64,000 nt of DNA from Candidatus Dormiibacterota bacterium (GTDB lineage Bacteria; Chloroflexota; Dormibacteria; Dormibacterales; Dormibacteraceae), in contig DASUWK010000070.1 of assembly GCA_036378435.1 (NCBI GenBank), positions 2,340 through 66,339 of the forward strand, read 5' to 3'. A program made the translations under genes and the position numbers. Of this stretch, positions 62,279 through 64,000 are shown in pieces. A model generated the notes under the pieces. It saw only the letters and a program-made list of their open reading frames with translations, did no database searches and was not told the origin of the DNA. Position 1 is the stretch's first letter. The number at the start of each line of letters is the position of its first letter.

Positions 62279-63561
62279 AGGGCCGCGATGGCCTCCCGGA
62301 GCTCGCGACCGACGTCCGGGATCGTCTGGTGCTGCCGATCCCGCACGACGTGCCGGCCGCCGACCACGACGTCGGTGACGTCGGTGGCGCTCGCCGCGAA
62401 GACCAGGACCGCCGCCGCGGGGGCGGCAGCGGCGGTGCGCGGGCTGCTCATGTCCACGCAGATGAAGTCCGCGAGCTGTCCGGGCTCGAGGCGCCCGCCC
62501 TGTTGACCGAGCGCTGCGTAGCCGCCCGCCGTCGCCGCCTCGAGCAGCAGGTCGGCGGTGTAGAGGCCGCGGGTCTCCGCGCGCGACCGGTGGTCCAGCT
62601 CCACCGCGCGGGCCTCTTCGAAGATGTCGACGCTGGCGTGTGAGTCGGTCCCCAGGCTGAGCCGCGCCTGTGCGCGCCAGGGCTCGAGGCCGTCCACATG
62701 ACCATCGGCGAGAAAGCGCTCCGTCGTGCGGCAAAGGCAGATCCCGGTGCCGCTCTCGACAAGGCGCTCGAACCCGCCGCCGGCATGCGTCGCGTGGATC
62801 ACGGTCGTCCCGGGACCCAGGACGCCGGCGTTCTCCGCAGCCTCCAAGGGGTCGTCCGCGAGCTCTTCGCGGCGCTCTAAAAGGTGCATGTGCAGGGGCG
62901 CGCCTCGCTCCTGCGCCCACGCGGCCACCACGCCCATGCTCGCCTCGTCCACGGCGCGCCCGCTGTGGATGGCGGCGCCAATCCTGGCGCCAGGTGTCGG
63001 AGCCAGACGCTCGACCCGATCGCGCCAGCGTTCCGCGTCCCCGTCCCCGAACCGGAGCTGAGCGCCTTCGAGCGGCCGCCCGGCGCCCCCCCGCAGGTAG
63101 CACGCGTCCAGGAGGGTCAGGCGCACGCCGGCCTCGCGCGCAGCGTCGATCAGCGCCTCGCCCATCTCGTTGGGATCGGCGTAGGGCTCGCCTCCCGGCT
63201 GGTGGTGCAAGTAGTGGAACTCGCCCACGGCCGTGATGCCGGCGAGAGCCATCTCGCCGTAGACCGCCTGAGCGAGCCGGCGATAGGAGTCAGGCCGCAG
63301 CTTCGCCGCGACGTCGTACATCGCCTGCCGCCACTCCCAGAAGGTCGGTCCGGCTCCTTCAGCCGCTGCCCGGAGGGCGCGCTGGAAGGCGTGGCTGTGC
63401 GCGTTGGCGAGGCCTGGTAACAGCAGGCCGGGAAGCCGGGTGGCGGCGGGGGGCGGATCCGTGTCCTCGCGCAGCGTGGAAATCCGCTCACCGTCGACCT
63501 CGACCAGCACGCGCCGCGCGGGCCGGCCGAGCCAGGCGTCCTCCGCCCAGAAGGAGCTCAC
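62275..63561 (-). CDS. hutF: Formimidoylglutamate deiminase
   Basis: 428 aa with a GTG start. Amidohydrolase motifs: PGLANAHSHAFQRALR; H.HL.E; GTDS. Confidence 0.85.
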   Translation of the reverse strand: MSSFWAEDAWLGRPARRVLVEVDGERISTLREDTDPPPAATRLPGLLLPGLANAHSHAFQRALRAAAEGAGPTFWEWRQAMYDVAAKLRPDSYRRLAQAVYGEMALAGITAVGEFHYLHHQPGGEPYADPNEMGEALIDAAREAGVRLTLLDACYLRGGAGRPLEGAQLRFGDGDAERWRDRVERLAPTPGARIGAAIHSGRAVDEASMGVVAAWAQERGAPLHMHLLERREELADDPLEAAENAGVLGPGTTVIHATHAGGGFERLVESGTGICLCRTTERFLADGHVDGLEPWRAQARLSLGTDSHASVDIFEEARAVELDHRSRAETRGLYTADLLLEAATAGGYAALGQQGGRLEPGQLADFICVDMSSPRTAAAAPAAAVLVFAASATDVTDVVVGGRHVVRDRQHQTIPDVGRELREAIAAL

Positions 63562-63562
63562 C

Positions 63563-64000
63563 TCACGCGGGGTGCATGGGTATGCGCACGCCGCGCTCGT
63601 CCGCCACCTGCAGCGCCCTCTCGTAGCCGGCGTCGGCGTGGCGTATCACGCCACTGCCCGGGTCGTTCGTCAGCACGCGCTCGAGCTTCTGAGCTGCCAG
63701 CTCGGTGCCGTCGGCTACCGCGACGGTTCCCGCGTGGATCGAGCGCCCGATGCCGACTCCGCCGCCGTGGTGCACGCTCACCCAGGTGGCGCCGCTCGAC
63801 GTGTTGAGCAAGGCGTTGAGGATCGGCCAGTCCGCGATGGCGTCGCTGCCGTCCAGCATGGCCTCGGTCTCCCGATAGGGGGAGGCGACCGAGCCCGAGT
63901 CGAGGTGGTCGCGGCCGATCACGATCGGCGCGGACACCGCCCCCTTCCGCACGAGCTCGTTGAAGCGGAGGCCGGCCCGATCCCGCTCGCCGTAGCCGAG
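63563..64000 (-). CDS. hutU: Urocanate hydratase (C-terminal part; gene continues beyond the window)
   Basis: [65 protein letters not shown] is a typical urocanase C-terminus. The frame stays open to position 64000. Confidence 0.93.
   Translation of the reverse strand, partial: LGYGERDRAGLRFNELVRKGAVSAPIVIGRDHLDSGSVASPYRETEAMLDGSDAIADWPILNALLNTSSGATWVSVHHGGGVGIGRSIHAGTVAVADGTELAAQKLERVLTNDPGSGVIRHADAGYERALQVADERGVRIPMHPA

Noticed and set aside
61103-63103. 666-aa ORF suggesting a long N-terminal extension on hutI. The same pattern appears at 29326-31014 (pyrF), 30108-31301 (TtuA), 50160-51866 (eno), 56554-57810 (icd), 57656-58573 (fdxA) and 47405-48634 (JAMM).
   Set aside because: The extensions are Arg/Pro/Gly-rich, overlap the upstream gene in another frame, and family-typical N-termini begin at internal GTG/ATG codons that overlap the upstream stop. 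I used the shorter coordinates.

Overview
GC-rich, densely packed bacterial chromosomal segment with about 65 genes. Many neighbouring genes share start/stop overlaps of the GTGA/ATGA/TTGA type, and several convergent gene ends overlap. Reading by eye, I found no rRNA, tRNA, CRISPR array, transposase, integrase or recognisable defence system, so this looks like core genome, not an island.

Gene content in order:
- A Firmicutes-style block: recA-recX-rny-(tandem DinB)-ymdB-spoVS-miaB-mutS-mutL.
- SIMPL protein, miaA, a DapL-like aminotransferase and hflX.
- lexA, divergent from a YneA-like TM+LysM gene.
- A partial Tad/Flp pilus locus: cpaB and tadB/C divergent from tadE-tadE and a large Cys-rich TadG-like gene.
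- A frameshifted cupin with a MarR regulator, then an AI-2E permease.
- An SOS-box-controlled hypothetical gene.
- TetR with an acyl-CoA dehydrogenase.
- A long translationally coupled minus-strand operon: ThiS-like carrier, TtuA-like, pyrF, LOR/SDH, GNAT, two half-size TauE proteins.
- nadE.
- A 2-oxoacid dehydrogenase operon whose first gene is an E3-E1alpha fusion.
- A two-component system and der.
- A GDE-like / GT4 / USP-GpgS cluster.
- mec(JAMM)-cysM-metB-like genes and eno.
- Two tandem S11 carboxypeptidases beside an 838-aa polytopic membrane protein.
- icd and fdxA.
- CAP / DUF5658 / GT-C genes.
- hutU-hutF-hutI (hutU is cut by the window end).

I did not find one obvious new system. 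The points most worth follow-up are:
1. A sulfur-carrier protein with a 21-residue tail after its GG, heading the mixed TtuA...TauE operon, together with a CysM-JAMM pair that has no adjacent CysO.
2. The E3-E1alpha gene fusion.
3. Four Cheo-type LexA boxes, one of which controls an uncharacterised 133-aa protein.
4. The Tad locus, which lacks an ATPase and a pilin but has a 789-aa Cys-rich TadG-like protein.
5. A perfect 23-bp direct repeat with an AT-rich internal palindrome in the acyl-CoA dehydrogenase upstream region.

All functional calls rest on motif and family recognition from the translations. No database search was run.
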